From assembly GCA_017499595.2 (NCBI GenBank), contig CM039008.1, positions 2,728,001 through 2,792,000 of the forward strand: DNA of 64,000 bases, in the 5' to 3' direction. Of this stretch, positions 47,715 through 60,900 are shown piece after piece. The translations under genes and the position numbers were made by a program. The notes below the pieces were generated by a model that saw nothing but the letters and a program-made list of their open reading frames with translations, was not told the DNA's origin and searched no databases. Within the stretch, counting starts at the first letter, position 1; each line of letters starts with the position of its first letter. The stretch is from Psilocybe cubensis (taxonomy: Eukaryota).

Positions 47715-50332
47715 GGTGGAGCATTTCCCGCATTTGGCGGTAGTGGCGCATTTGGTGGCGGCGCTTGCGGTACTTCGACAGGGTCGTTATGTTGTATAGA
47801 TGTTTGAGTTGCTGGATGGGGTTTGTCATCTTCGACTTCGTGAAATATGGGATCGTCGTGGAGTGCATCTTGTTTGAACATTGTTCTATGCCCTAGTCCT
47901 TCTTCAAATACTACATTCCTACTCTTGATGATGTCTCCGGTCTTTGTATCAAGAAGTTTGTATGTGTCACGTCCATAATATCCGATTAGGGTGTATTTAA
48001 TAGATGTAGTGTCGAGTTTGGATGGGTTTATTTCTTTGGGGATTTTTGCATATGCATGAGATCCTATTGCTCAAAGGTGCGATACGTCCTGTCGTTTGTT
48101 GAACCAAATTTCCGCGGGAATTCTTCCAGGATGTCGACGAGATGGCATGAGATTTAGCATGTATATCACGGCTGATAAGAGATCTGCCCAGTAAGATGGC
48201 GGAAGCCCCGAATCGCAACGGACGCAGCGCAGTCCCTCAATGACCGTACGATTAGTGCGTTCTGCAACTCCGTTGCCAGAATGTGCGTATGGTGCGGGAG
48301 TCTCGATTCGGATGCCGTTCTCTTTGCAGAAAGTTTCCAATGCCCGATTTAGAAATTCTTGTCCCATATCCATACGAAAACACTTGATTTTTCGTCCTGT
48401 TTGGAGTTCGGCTTCAGCTTTGTATTCTTTTACTGCCTGTAGGGTCGCCTCGCTAGTTTTCTCCGATAAATAGTATTCCTTTCGGTAAGAAGAACCCCCA
48501 TCCGTCATTATGAGTGCATACTCAGCTCCCCCTGTTGATCTGACCCTTGCTGGACCCCATAGATCGAGATGGACTCTGTCAAGAACTCCAATTTCAGGTT
48601 CAACCTTTTCGTCATACAGTCGGTTGGTTTGTTTTCCGTATACACAGTCCTCACACAGTCCAATAGGTTCCTTTGTTTCTGGTTGGGTAATCTGAAGACC
48701 GTCAACAAGACCTTTGGACGACATCTCCTTGATCGTGCGCTCGCTGAAATGGCAGAATCTTCGATGCCACTGGGATAAGGTAGTCGGTTTTTCGTGTGAT
48801 TTCGCAGGCATCGCCTTGTCCAAATTTTTGTTTGTAGTGAGTTCTCCATCTTTGATTTCTTCAAAGAGATACATCCCATTAGTTTTGCTAACTTCTAGCA
48901 TCACTTTTCCCTTTGGGTCTCTTCCTCCGCCAAAGTTTACGTTGAAGCCGGCGTCATCGAAACGGCTAATAGAAATGAGATTCGCAGCAAAATCGGGGGT
49001 GTGTAGAGCGTTTGACAATGATAGTGTTGTACGATGATTGTTGGATTTGTAGTGCTTGACTACCGTTCCCTTTCCGTGGATTTTAAATCTTGCTGATTTA
49101 CTTGCTGCCTGTCCCTCTCTCACGTTTGTGAACGGTTCATAGTTGGAAAAATCGGATTGATTCGCAAAACAGTGGTTGGATGCACCGGAATCAGCGTATG
49201 TAGTCCTAATTACATCCATCTTCCCTGCATTAGCTACCATTGCTTTATCACTGATTTCACATCCCTCGTTAATTAGGTACTCGATGGATGGTATGGCGGT
49301 CACTTTGTAAGTCTCTTGATCCGAGTCGGATTGTGCATCTCTCGCTGACTCGTCTGGATTAGGCGGATTGTCTGCCAGTGACATGTCAGCAACCAATGCA
49401 TATGCTGTGGTTACTACGGCAGGGTTTGCTGTGGTCGACGGGTTGGAAGCATTTGTGCTGGTGGATTCAGCCGATCCGGTAGTTCCTCCTCGTTGGCCGA
49501 AGCCTGGGGGAAACTGGCCTTCCTTTCCTCCTCCCTTCCAGTAGCACATCTCGATGGTATGTCCACGTCTCCTGCAATTTGGATTCGAGCATCGCTTTAG
49601 ATTGTAATCTGATCCGGTTTTTCCATTCGCCTTTAGAGCAACCGCTGTGATTCCTGGGGTTCTAACCTTCACATTCCGATTAATTCGACTCCAGTGCATA
49701 TCGAGGAGGACGATTGTATTGGTAGAGGTGGCACTTGTGTGGAGGGATGCAATGATAGTGTCCCAGGATGATGGTAATGATGTGAGGATTATTTCACGGA
49801 AGTCCGAGTCGCTAATGTTTGCGCCGATTGAGTTGGCATGCTTGTGCTTGATGTGCAGAGTCGCCATATGAGTAGGAAAGTCTCCTCCTTCTTCCATCCT
49901 TACGCTACGGAGATCGCGTTGCGCATAGACTCGTGCAAGGTCAGTTGAGTTCTTGTACCGATCCTCAAGAGACTTCCACGCTTCCGCAGCCGTACCATCT
50001 GTTTTCAGACCCAAACCAATCGGATTCTTCACGTTCTGCTTGATTGCGATCATGCACCAAGCGTCTCGTGCATCCCATTCTTCAGCGCTCGGCCTGAGTG
50101 AGTACCATGGAGTTTCCTCCGGTGGAAGAGGGATTGCCAACGGATCTGTAGAGAATTGTCCCGGGGATGGAGTTTCGGCAGGATTGGGAATTTTCCCTTC
50201 GAGATAACCTCGAGCGCCTCGCACACGGCATGCCATGAGTATGGTTTCGCGCCATTCTAGGTAGTTGGTACCATCGAATTTTTCGTCGTCTGGTAGTTGC
50301 GGCGGAGTGATTCCTGTCGACTTTGACGACAT
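47715..50332 (-). pseudogene. gag-pol: Copia A gag-protease-integrase portion
   Basis: KFDGTNY, CSNPNCRRRGHTIEMC knuckle, YADSGASNH, WHRRFCH...CEDC, HLDLWGP, SGNGVAER. In-frame TGA at 48071-48073, after which the frame continues (AIGSHAYAKIP...SRNVVFEE) to the copia B insertion. Confidence 0.92.
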
Positions 50333-51264
50333 GCCAATACCGATGTCTTTCAGGTATGAAGTAGTTTGAATGTGATCCGATGATAGTATCCGTGTTTACT
50401 GAGTTAATATAACTTTGTTTCGCTCACGGGGCCCATAACCTATTGTAGCAAAAGTATATGAGCTCAGACGGATACGAAGGTAAACGGCTGATATTGAAAG
50501 TACCTATTGTAGCAAAAGTATATGAGCTACATAAGTACGATAGTAAGAACTTTGTAATAAAATATATGAAGTAACAAAAAGGCTAACCTCAGACGGATAC
50601 GAAGGTAAACGGCTGAGGTTAGATGATTGAATGGAATGAGAAAAATACCACATTGCGGGATGCACCGCAATGTGTGGCTTCTACTATACAGTTCCAAGAG
50701 AATGAGATGTAGCGAGCACATGTGTGCACCGCGAGTGAAAAATGAAAGAAATGGTGTCTATATAAGGCAGGCAGTAATCACCGTGACTCGGTCGTCCGAA
50801 TGTCTCAACACATCGATCCAGATTCAACTGAGCAAGTTCGCAGTTCGCATACTTACATCTTCAAGCTTCACCCCAGCGCACTTTTTTCGCCAATTTAAGA
50901 AGTAAGTATCCCAGCATGCTGTGCTGAGAAGGATTAAACACGTTATCTTTCACTAATCACTATACGATCAGTCAAGTCATGGTCAAGGTCAAGTCAAGTT
51001 ATGTCAAAGTCAAGGGAATAGATCCCGAGATAAGGATATGCAAGTTATTTTCGCGCATCAGCCGTCGACCGTCGAACAGCGATTGACTTCTCCCCTGAAT
51101 ACACGTGGATATGGATAGCTTCGCGTTTTGGATTTTTTGCGTTTGGCGTTTTGTATTGTGCTTCGCGTCTATGTATATCTGCATAAATGCAAAATCCTCC
51201 TCGTCGTCGTATCACAGGAAGAAAGCGCCTCCCCCTCCTCCCCCTACACACAAGCACGCATCCA

Positions 51265-53584
51265 ATGTCCGCGTCTGCAGTACCACACGCTCTACTTGCT
51301 TTGTACCAGGACTATCGAGTTACACAGTATGCGCAGCGTACGTTCCTTCGTCCGTTATCTACATTTTATAATCCAGAGACTTGGTCAATAAACGTGTATT
51401 CATGCTAATTAACGTAAATTATTCCAGTGGCAGCACAGACTATGATTCTTTATGACTATGGTGAGCTGTTTATTGTAATTTTTATCTATGTATTTATGTA
51501 GAAGTGGGTTAATATGCGATTTTGTAATTTTGAACAGCTTTGACATTCGATGATGAGGTAGTTATGCTTATACCCTCTCATAGCTCCAATTTCGACAAGA
51601 GCTGACTTTGACTTGCGTTATCGCCCCAGGTAGAATTGATATGGGTGAGTCACAAAATCGACATTTGCGTTAACCCACACCCACACATTAACTGCATGCT
51701 CGGAAAAGCAAATGGACAGTAGTAAAAGGCCTATTCATATCCGTATGTACTCCAAACTCCTTTCCTATAATCCTAGTGGCATCTCGTTGATATTGGACTT
51801 TGGAGTATAGGTGCGATACTACGCTGTGGCATGTGCGATGTAAGCACACTTTAACACAGATTGTTGGCGATGACATGTACCAATGTGCCGCGCGTTGCTG
51901 CCAGCGCGAACAATTTTAGTAGGCAATGTTTTACCCATTACGCCGGGGAATGAATGACGGATTAATCGCACTCTTCTCAGTGCTATTCCCTTTCAGAGTC
52001 AGCAATGAGGTACGTGGTATACCCTGAAACGCGTCGTCTGTCTGAAGAATTAATTATTATGATATTCAGACGTAAGTTCAACCACTTCGTATCTCGGTGG
52101 ATTAACATACATTTAACATTACTCAAATTTTTGCAGTTGTGAGTGCAAAGCTAAACCACTTCTACTTTTTAATCTCACAAGCACACGTTCTCACAAAACT
52201 CGAACGATCTAGGCACCCATTTCTTCGACTGGCAAGGATGGACCTCATTTTTCATCAGTGTAATGACAGAATGTAAGTTTCGACTGGTACTATCCACCCG
52301 CCCTCCTCTCTTCTACTACTACTAATAATAACCAATAAAAAATATCTAGCAATTCTTCAAATCCGGATATACGCAATGTACTGCAGGAATAAGATATTAT
52401 CAGGCGTTTTGTTCGTGTTGTTTATTGTGTGTATATCTGTTCCGGCGTTTGTGATGGAGAACCGGTTGCATACGTTTAAAGGTATTCCCTCTTCCCTCTT
52501 CCCTCTTCCCTCTTCCCTCCACCGCAAACACCCTCACTAACACACCACACCACACCACAAACCAACCCAGCGCTCCTCCTTCCCATCCCAGGAGGCCTCG
52601 CCTGCGTGCCCCTACGATCCACACACAATTTCTACATCTTCTGGATCCCAATCCTCTGCTTCGAAGCGGTGCTTTGTGTATTGGCCGTTGGGCGCGGGGT
52701 GTACATGTCCCGAGTGAATCAGGAGCGCAGGGCGGGGTTGGGTCTGGATCTGAGGCAGGGGCAGGGGCAGGGGGTTGGGGTGTCGACGGGACTCACTGCT
52801 TCGTTCAGGGTACAGTGGCGCGGCGATGAATTGTTGAAGGTGTTGTATAGAGGATCTGTGGTTTATTTTGTTAGGTGCGTTGTGCGGACTGTGTTTGTGT
52901 GATGTTGGATTGTTGATGTCGAGAATCGACTTAATTGTCGTCACTTCCACTATCACTGCCATTGTCGTTATCGTTGTTGCCATTGGAATTGGCATAAAAC
53001 GGAAACTTGAAAACACTTTTGACTTGACTTGATTTCGATTTCGATTTGATTTGGTGGGGTACGGGGAACAACAGTATCGCTGTGACGTATATGTCTCCTA
53101 TAATCTTCTGGGTCGCTCTTCCAGTACGTCCCTCTCCATTCTCCTTCTCCATTCTCCTTCTCCTTCTCCTTCTCCCAATCTCAATCACTAGTTCCCAACA
53201 CAACATTGATTGCGCACCTCACTAATTTATCTGTCTTGTTACTTGTTACATTAATATATACAGCAAGGACTGGAAGAAGTCCCACTCGGATTCTGCGTCG
53301 CACTGCCTAGTATACTATCCACGAGACTCATACTCGCTATTCGAAAAATGGCTGTCGGGAAAGAAGGGTATGGGTGGTCCGAGGGGGATATGACGACTTT
53401 TGAGGTGAGACGGGATTTGACGGTGACGACTTTTGACGTCGGATCTGCATCTGTGTCTGGGTCGGCGTCGGCGTCGGCGTATGTGCCTGCGAGTTCGAGT
53501 TTGGGTGATGGTTGTGGTTCTGGTTGTGGTTCTGGTGGAGAGCTCACGCCCACGGCGCGTGGAGACAAATATACCGATGTGTAA
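51265..53584 (+). CDS. DUF6533-type multi-pass membrane protein (many small exons)
   Basis: Spliced MSASAVPHALLALYQDYRVTQYAQLAAQTMILYDYALTFDDEVELIW.SKWT; FFDWQGWT; ILQIRIYAMY; FWIPILCFEAVL; LYRGSVVYF; STRLILAIR. Integrity of the internal exons not fully verified. Confidence 0.75.
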
Positions 53585-54691
53585 TTGGGTAGAATAATTG
53601 TAGATGAATGTATGATTAAATAAGATGTTTGGATTAGTGATTATGCTTTTCATTCGACCTGGTTAATCTCGTCGAGGTACGGATCGACAAAAAATTGTAC
53701 CAGACAGTTCATTTATACGTATACACCCATCGACAAAGGAGGGTATCTAATGTGCGTCCACGTATAGAGGACAGGGGATCAGCGGGGCAGTAAATACACC
53801 GAGTACACATTAAGGTGAGCAGAAGCAGTGCGCGCGGGTAATGTATTCCAGAGTAGGCAGATGGTGGGCGGGCGGGCGAGAAGAGGCAGCTGTAGTGGGA
53901 ACGAATGAATGGAAAGGGCAAGCCGCAAGCCGCAAGCCGCAAGGGCAGGGGAATGCCGAAGACGCTGCTGCTGCTGCTGCTTTCCATGTGTATACCGATA
54001 CGGATGCCATCGCTTCCACTGTAACCACTGCCGTTGAGATACGTTAAGCGCGGCACGTCTTGGTCACTCGTATTGTGCGTTCGGGGAGTGGGAGAGTGGG
54101 AGGTGGGTTGATTTAGGTTGATGGATGGATGAGAGGGTATATGCATTGTTTCATAAGGATGCTCATGGTTGTGTAGAGGTTCGATGTGGGGAACGGGGTT
54201 CACATTTCAGAGAAGCACCACACAATTGCATTGATATTATCGAGATGTGCGATAAAATGCGCATACATGTGCTTTTCGTGCTGCGTCGTGAAGTGATGGT
54301 GTGCGGGGCTGAGGGATGGAGTCGCTTGCCAGATGCAAGACACAGTACACGGAATAGAAGCGATACGATGACATGTCGACTAGAGTCAAGGGTGCAGATA
54401 GAGACATTAGTCGACAGACATGACAGAATAGAAAGTCCAAGTAGGCCTATTGCAGTAGAATCGAAGAGAGACGTACTGGTAGATGGGCGTACGGAATGAA
54501 CCGCCTTGTGTCGCAGGCCCCGACGGGTCGGAAACGGTGGAGTGTCGCGTGACCAATGTGAAAAAGCAAAAGTTACGTAATTGGTCGGGGTCAGGGCAGT
54601 TTCGCTGATTTCAGATTCAACACCGCAACTTTCCCTTTTTTCTTCTCAACTACGACCACGACAACGACGAACACAGTGTGCTCAGAGAGAT

Positions 54692-56634
54692 ATGACGATG
54701 GCGACTAGAGATACGCTGCATCGTGAGTGCTGTTCTTTGTGATTGGGATGTGTTGGTGATTGAGTTGGGTGCCGTCGCTAGCTACGCCGGAGCTGAAGCA
54801 TATGACCTCGAACAGCGCGCTCGTCTCCCCGCGCAGGACATCCCAGCACCTGCGCACCTCCGACGCCCGCCTCGCAGCTGGCTCCCGCAGTCCAAGCTCT
54901 ATCCCGTCCTCCCCGACCTCTATGTACGTCACGCTTCTTCTCCCCTTCCCCACACTCCACCCTCGGAACTAATACACCGCCCACAGACACTCCTCCTCAT
55001 CCGCCATCTTCGAGCGCGACATCGAGCCCCTAGTGCCACCGTCGCCCCCGCTCGCATCGCATCACCACCACCACCACCCGCTCAAAGACCCGCATCGCAC
55101 CGCCCGCGCCAAGGGCTCCGAGGCACTCGAACAAAGCGTGCCCTCCGTCCTCGACAGCGCCGCAGCCGTCCTCAGCACCCTCGAACTCGAACCCATCCCT
55201 GGCCTACCCTCCTCCTCATCCACATCCCCATCCGCACTCTCCAGCCCCTCTTCCACCTCCGCCGATCCCCATCACCAACACTCACACTCGCATTCACACC
55301 ACCTATCAGACGGTGGCTCTGCTACCCATCTCTTCGCAGACCAGATCGCGGTCGTCGCGCCCGCCCCGCCGTCCACTACGTCGTTTGCGCTATTTGGCGG
55401 CGCGAACCCTGCGGGGCCGGGTATTGGTGGTGGTGGGGGAGGGAGCGCGAGCGGGTTCGCGAGCCCGATAGGTAGTTTCCGCAGTCGCTCCCCGAGCCCG
55501 CTCGGCGGCTCGCGCATCGCCATCGCCAGCCCGACCTCGGTGCTCGGGTTGCAGCTCAACTCTACTGCGGCGACCAGTGCGCCGGGCTCGGTAGCTGGCT
55601 CGCCGCCCCGTATCAACTCGCTGGCTGATGCTCGTCATGCGGGCGACGCTAACAACAATCACAACGGTAACACCGCCGCGGCGCCTTCGATCAAGGTGGA
55701 TGATGCCCCATCATCGATTTCGTCCGCATCGGAAGCGGAAGCGGAGGTGCGATCGACATCGCCACCTGCGCTGATCCCCATGCAGCAGTCTTCGTCCACT
55801 TCGTCCACTGCGAGTGCTGCATCCACCACGACGATAACGACGACGAGCGCTGCGTCGTCGCCTTCGTCGGCATATACACCTCTCCCTGTCCCACTTTCGC
55901 CTCTCTCGCCACTCTCACCGCTGTCCCCTCTCACACCGCCCACGTCTACATCCACATCGGCGTCCACGTCGGCGATGCCCTCGACATCGCAGCCTCTATC
56001 CCCTTCATCCCCCTCATCATCTTCGCAGCATACACTCGCACATGCACACGCACAGGCGCTCACGGCGCCGCGCACGCGCCTTTCGTTCATGTCGTACACG
56101 GACCTGTTGAGCGCGACGCCCGCTGCGACGACGAGTCTCGTGGCGCTTACGAGCGGGGCGAGTGTCGTTGAGCCGCCGCCTAGGATCGTCGGTGTTGGTG
56201 TGGGTGTGGGAGGTATTTTGAGTGGTGCGGGGAGTATACATGGTGTGGGAGCTGGAGAGGATAAGCATTTACAGGGACAGGGACAGGGACAGGGGAGTAG
56301 GACGCCGAGCGTGATTAATCTCCCGCTCCTTACACATTCGCCGTCTGCGGCTGTACCACTTGGACTCCCTCTCCCCGTCCCTCTTCCTCTTCCACTCTCC
56401 CATCCCGTCCCGTCCGGCTCACCTCCTCATCCACACTCGCAAGCACACTCACATATAAGCAAGAAAGACCGAGACGCGGCGTTACCGATTTTGGAAGATA
56501 TGACGATGACGGGGAGGGAGTGGGAGAGAGCGGGGTTGGGGAGGGGGTTGGAGGAGAGGTTGGAGGCGATTGAGGCGCTTGAGGTGGGTGGGGTTGGGGA
56601 GGTGAGGGAGGTGAGGGAGGGGGTTGAGGTGTGA
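54692..56634 (+). CDS. Uncharacterised low-complexity Ser/Pro/His-rich protein
   Basis: Two GT-AG introns join MTMATRDTLH, ...SIPSSPTSI and HSSSSAIFERDIEP... to ORF 55033-56634. Ordered-looking blocks: EQSVPSVLDSAAAVL, RLSFMSYTDLL, EWERAGLGRGLEERL. Confidence 0.75.
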
Positions 56635-57171
56635 GGTGGTGTGTGGTATGGGAGGGAGAGGTGTGAGAGGAATGTTTGGGAGGGGGAAGGGGAGGGGAGG
56701 GGAAGTTTGAGAGGGAGGTTGGAGAGGGGGAAGGGGAGGGGTATTTTCCACCATTACACTCGCTCACCTCTCATCGCATCGCATCATCCGCCACCCCGTC
56801 TCTCCGCCACCCCGTCTCTCCGTCTTCCGTCCCTCCGTCTCTCTGTCTCTCTGCACCACTATGCAACCGCCAACCGTCACGCGTATATGCACTTGCACTT
56901 GCACGCGCACGCGCACGCGAAGTTATGGTATGTTATGATAATGTTATGATAATGTTATGTCTTTCGGCTTCGGCTTCGGCTTGCTTCTGTGCGTGCTCGT
57001 TTGTTTGGGCTTGTGCTTGTGCTTGTGCTTGGGTGTGTGGATGTGTGGATGCGTGGAGTGCTTTAATCGTTCTCTTCGCTTTTTTTTCGTTTCTTTGCGT
57101 TTCTTCGTATTTCTTTGTGTCTTTTATGTCTACTTTACCTTTTCCGTTACCTTTGCATCATTAGCGCCCTA

Positions 57172-57222
57172 TTTTTTTTTTTTTTTTTTTTGTTTTTTTT
57201 GTTTGTTTTTTTTGTTTGTTTT
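57172..57222. repeat. Poly-T / T-rich low-complexity tract
   Basis: About 20 consecutive T followed by interrupted T runs, in a 3' UTR-like region. Confidence 0.8.
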
Positions 57223-57946
57223 AGTGTAATGTAGTGTAATGTACATGTTTTGGCGTTGTGTTTGTCGTTTCTTCTCCTCTCCTCTCTACTTTTTTTTTAC
57301 TTTTTACTTTTTTTTACTTTTCACGGTTTACATTTCATGATCACGGTTTACTCTACAGTTCGCGGTTTGCAATTAACACTATTTCAAAACTTCAGTTTCG
57401 GTTACTCGATGGGATACCATTGCATTGCATTGCTGATTGTGATTGTAATTGTATTGTGAGCGGACTCGGGACGCCTCCTCCCTTAGACTCTGTGAGAAAT
57501 TTGGATCTGTGAGGGGTATCGTCTGCAATCTGCAATCTGGAAAATTCAGCGCCGTTGACAGCGTTCGTATTTGAATTTATGAAAGTTGTAGCCTGTGAGC
57601 ATTCACTGAGCGTTCACTGTGCTAATGGCCCGTTTTTGATTTGTCTGTTAGTGTTAGTGTTTGCTAATTATCGGAAAGAGGTATGGAAAGTTCTAAATGG
57701 GTGATTCTGGGTTTTTTGAGAGCGGATGAGCAAGCAGGAGATGTGGTGTCCCAAGGCGGGGTCATAACAGTGCCAGTTCCCTAATTATCAAATTGGCAGT
57801 CACTATCTCTATCTTGTAAGTAGTGACCATGGGTCCTCCATGCAGAAATTTATACCCAATGACCGATGTCCAATGACCAATGTTCAATGCACAATGCACA
57901 ATCCGCCGCCCAACAGATCATACTTCACAACCATCAAAAGTGGTAC

Positions 57947-60900
57947 TTATGCATAAACCGTATGCATATGCTCTTCACCCGCACCCACACCTATACCCGT
58001 ACAACCAGAACCGACACGGTGGACGTGCACCTGCACATCAAACGCCGTCAAATCCCTTCTGACCTCAAAAGTCGTCAAATCCCCAACACCTGTACCAAGC
58101 GACCACCCGAGTCGATCTTTCGCCGCTGCTGTCCTGCGGATGCCTAGGATGAGCCGCGCGGAGAGTACGCTGGGCAGCGCGACGCAGAAGCCGAGTGGGA
58201 CTTCGCTCAGTCCTTGCTGTGAGTTGGATATATGCAACAAGACAAGCGAAAATAATTAAAAAAAACATAACAGTAACTTGTGTGAGCTTGGATTTTACGA
58301 TGAGAAGATGGATAATGATAATGGACTGACTGGAAGCGCGACCCAGAAGATTATAGGCGCCATGTACGTCATTGCGATACTTCAAATGTCCAAACGAAAG
58401 ACGCATGAGCGACAGATTGCACACAACAGTCAAGCATTAACAAAAACCGTGTGTGTGCGATACAGCACAGCATCCTCAAAAAACTTGAATCCCACGCACC
58501 TAGCGAAATAGACCACAGAGCCTCTATACAAGACCTGCACCAAGTCCCCGCCGCGCCGTCGTAGCGAAGGCAGTCCCAGACCCTCGCGCGCAGCCTGATC
58601 GCGAGCCACGGCGTTTCCACTACTGGCACCAGCACCACCGGCAACCGCAACCGCAACCGCACTCGTTCGGGACACATACACCCCGCGCCCATCGGCCAGC
58701 GCACAGAGCAGCGCCTCGAAGCATAGGATCGGGATCCAGAAGACGTAGAAGTTGTGGGTGGACTTGAGCGGGATGCATGCGAAGCCTCCTGGCGCGGCTA
58801 TTAGTATCGCTGGGTTGGGTAAATGGAATATGCATAAAGTGTGTTTCGGTATTAGTATCAGTGTCAGTGTCAGTGTCAATTTAGGTGGAGATGGATATGG
58901 GGGTGGGGGTGAAGGTGGTCGCGCCGCAGCATACCTTTGAACGTGTGCAACGATGAACCCATTACAACCGCCGACGCTGAGAGAGAGGCGGTGAACAGGA
59001 TCAGAAGGATAGTTGATAACGCCTTGTTCGCGCAGTACATCGCATACAGCCGAATTTGAAGGATGCCTGGGTTCGCACTGTCAGGACGATTACATCTGCG
59101 TATCGAATAGATGAGCCTGAGGCACGGACCTTCTGTCATTGCGCTGATGACGAACGAGGACCATGCTTGCCAGTCGAAATAGCGCACACCTGGAAGCCAC
59201 GCTCTCTTTAGGATGTATTTTTATGAGAAGTGGGTTGGCTTATCCTCACAGCTGTAGGATTTGAGCAGACGCGCAGTGTTAGACCCGCTTGGAACTGTGA
59301 CGTGGAGACGATCTTACCTCTATACGAAAATTATTTAGACGCACGATTTCTTCTTTAATGTTGTTCATAAAAGGCGTACACATACCTCGTTGCTGATTTG
59401 GAAGGGGAAAAGCACTGATAACAGTGAGATGTATCCGTCAGCCGTGCACAGCGGCGTACTCAGCAAAATAGTCCATACTAAAGTTGTTAACTCTAAACAT
59501 CGCATCATTGGAGATAGGTTGAGATCTGTCAGGACCAAAATCTTTGAGGTGTATAATCCAGTTGTACATACATGGCACACGCTACTGAGTAGTACCGTAC
59601 CTGCATTTCAAGTTAACCAAGACATTCTTGCAATTGTAAGAGATTTTCTGGGACATACAGATATGAACAGAGCCTTCACTACCGTCCACTGGCTTTTCTA
59701 AGCGTTCAGTTAAGAACCGTAGACTACAAACAAACTGTTGTGTCGCAACTTGACTTACCCATATAAATTCCACCTGAAGTGGTAATATCACAAGTCAGTA
59801 TTTGTCGAGAAAATGTATAACTGGGAAGGTGTGAGTTCGGACATACTTCCTCGTCGAATGTCAAAGCTATTCAAATATTTTCAATACTTGTAAAGTGGGC
59901 CGTTGCTACGCACGGCAGATACGAGTCCTTGTGATCAATTCCTTCGGAATTTATAAGAAATGTATTTTAGGAGGGGCTTCATCCAGTAAACTATAATATT
60001 GTAATAGTTTCATCTGACTTGAAGACAAAGACTGGACTGAAAAGAATGAAATCACTAATGTTCAAGTTGTCCTATTGTAGATAAGCTGCATAAGTAAGTA
60101 AGCCATGAATGCAAGGGTAATGAACAACTGTGAATTTCTTAGGTCTACATAAATAAGTAGGCCTTTAATGATATGGTCATGAATAACCATTTAGTTGTTG
60201 TAGGTAACTAAGTAGGCCATACAATGCTGGAGCAACAAGAAACCTTTGAAAATTCAAACAGATTTTGATTGATGTCGAGTGGCAAGATATTTAAAGTTCC
60301 GACTTCTTTGCCAAGCCATTGCCGGCTCAAAAAGCGTTTCATTCCCTGCCAAAAGCTAGTCTCGTTCCCATCCGTTATAGGGCACGATCTCCACTCCTGC
60401 GAGAGACCCGAGACTAATAAGCGGAGATCAAAGTCGGAGTCAAAAATTCTGCAAAATTTGATCGTAGAGATGTGCCCTATAACGTCTGGTGCAATTGCAT
60501 CAGTAAAGATGCGGACATGTCACGCGGGTGCTCACACATCGACTCGACGCCATCTAAGTCAAGTTTTATGGTCAAAAGACAACAGGTTTCTTTGTTTAAA
60601 GATTTCATTTTACCATATTTATAATCTCAAGTATGTAAAAGCGCCCTGTTGCCGGCAAAAATGTCAGAAAATTCCCGCTGGAAGACTTCTATGGCTCTAG
60701 CCTGTGTACAGGCAACTTGAAGCGTTAAGTGTGAAGATCTAGCATACTTGGGCAGAATGGGACAGTAGCATTGAGACAGAAAGCAAAGGTATGATGTTAC
60801 AGCATTACCAGGGCGGGTATTCACTCTGCGAGTTCACAATGCACTCTCCTTGAATAATTGTCAGTTAGGGGTGGAGGCACCAAGATATCAAGATAAGGCT

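Larger units (their letters stand above)
39468..50810 (-). mobile_element. Ty1/copia LTR retrotransposon A (outer), TG...TA LTRs
   Basis: 370-bp LTRs at 39468-39837 and 50441-50810, identical by eye; TSD CATCG (39463-39467, 50811-50815); PBS GGTTATGGGCCC next to the 5' LTR; PPT GAGGGGAG; order gag-PR-IN-RT-RH. Confidence 0.97.

Noticed and set aside
49372-49420. Gag-terminating intron in copia A (GCTGAC...GGCAG acceptor on the minus strand)
   Set aside because: The acceptor looks plausible but no convincing donor lies at a suitable distance.
56330-57512. Hydrophobic or Pro-rich ORFs after the 54.7-kb gene
   Set aside because: Products of simple-sequence, T-rich UTR DNA and antisense low-complexity sequence.
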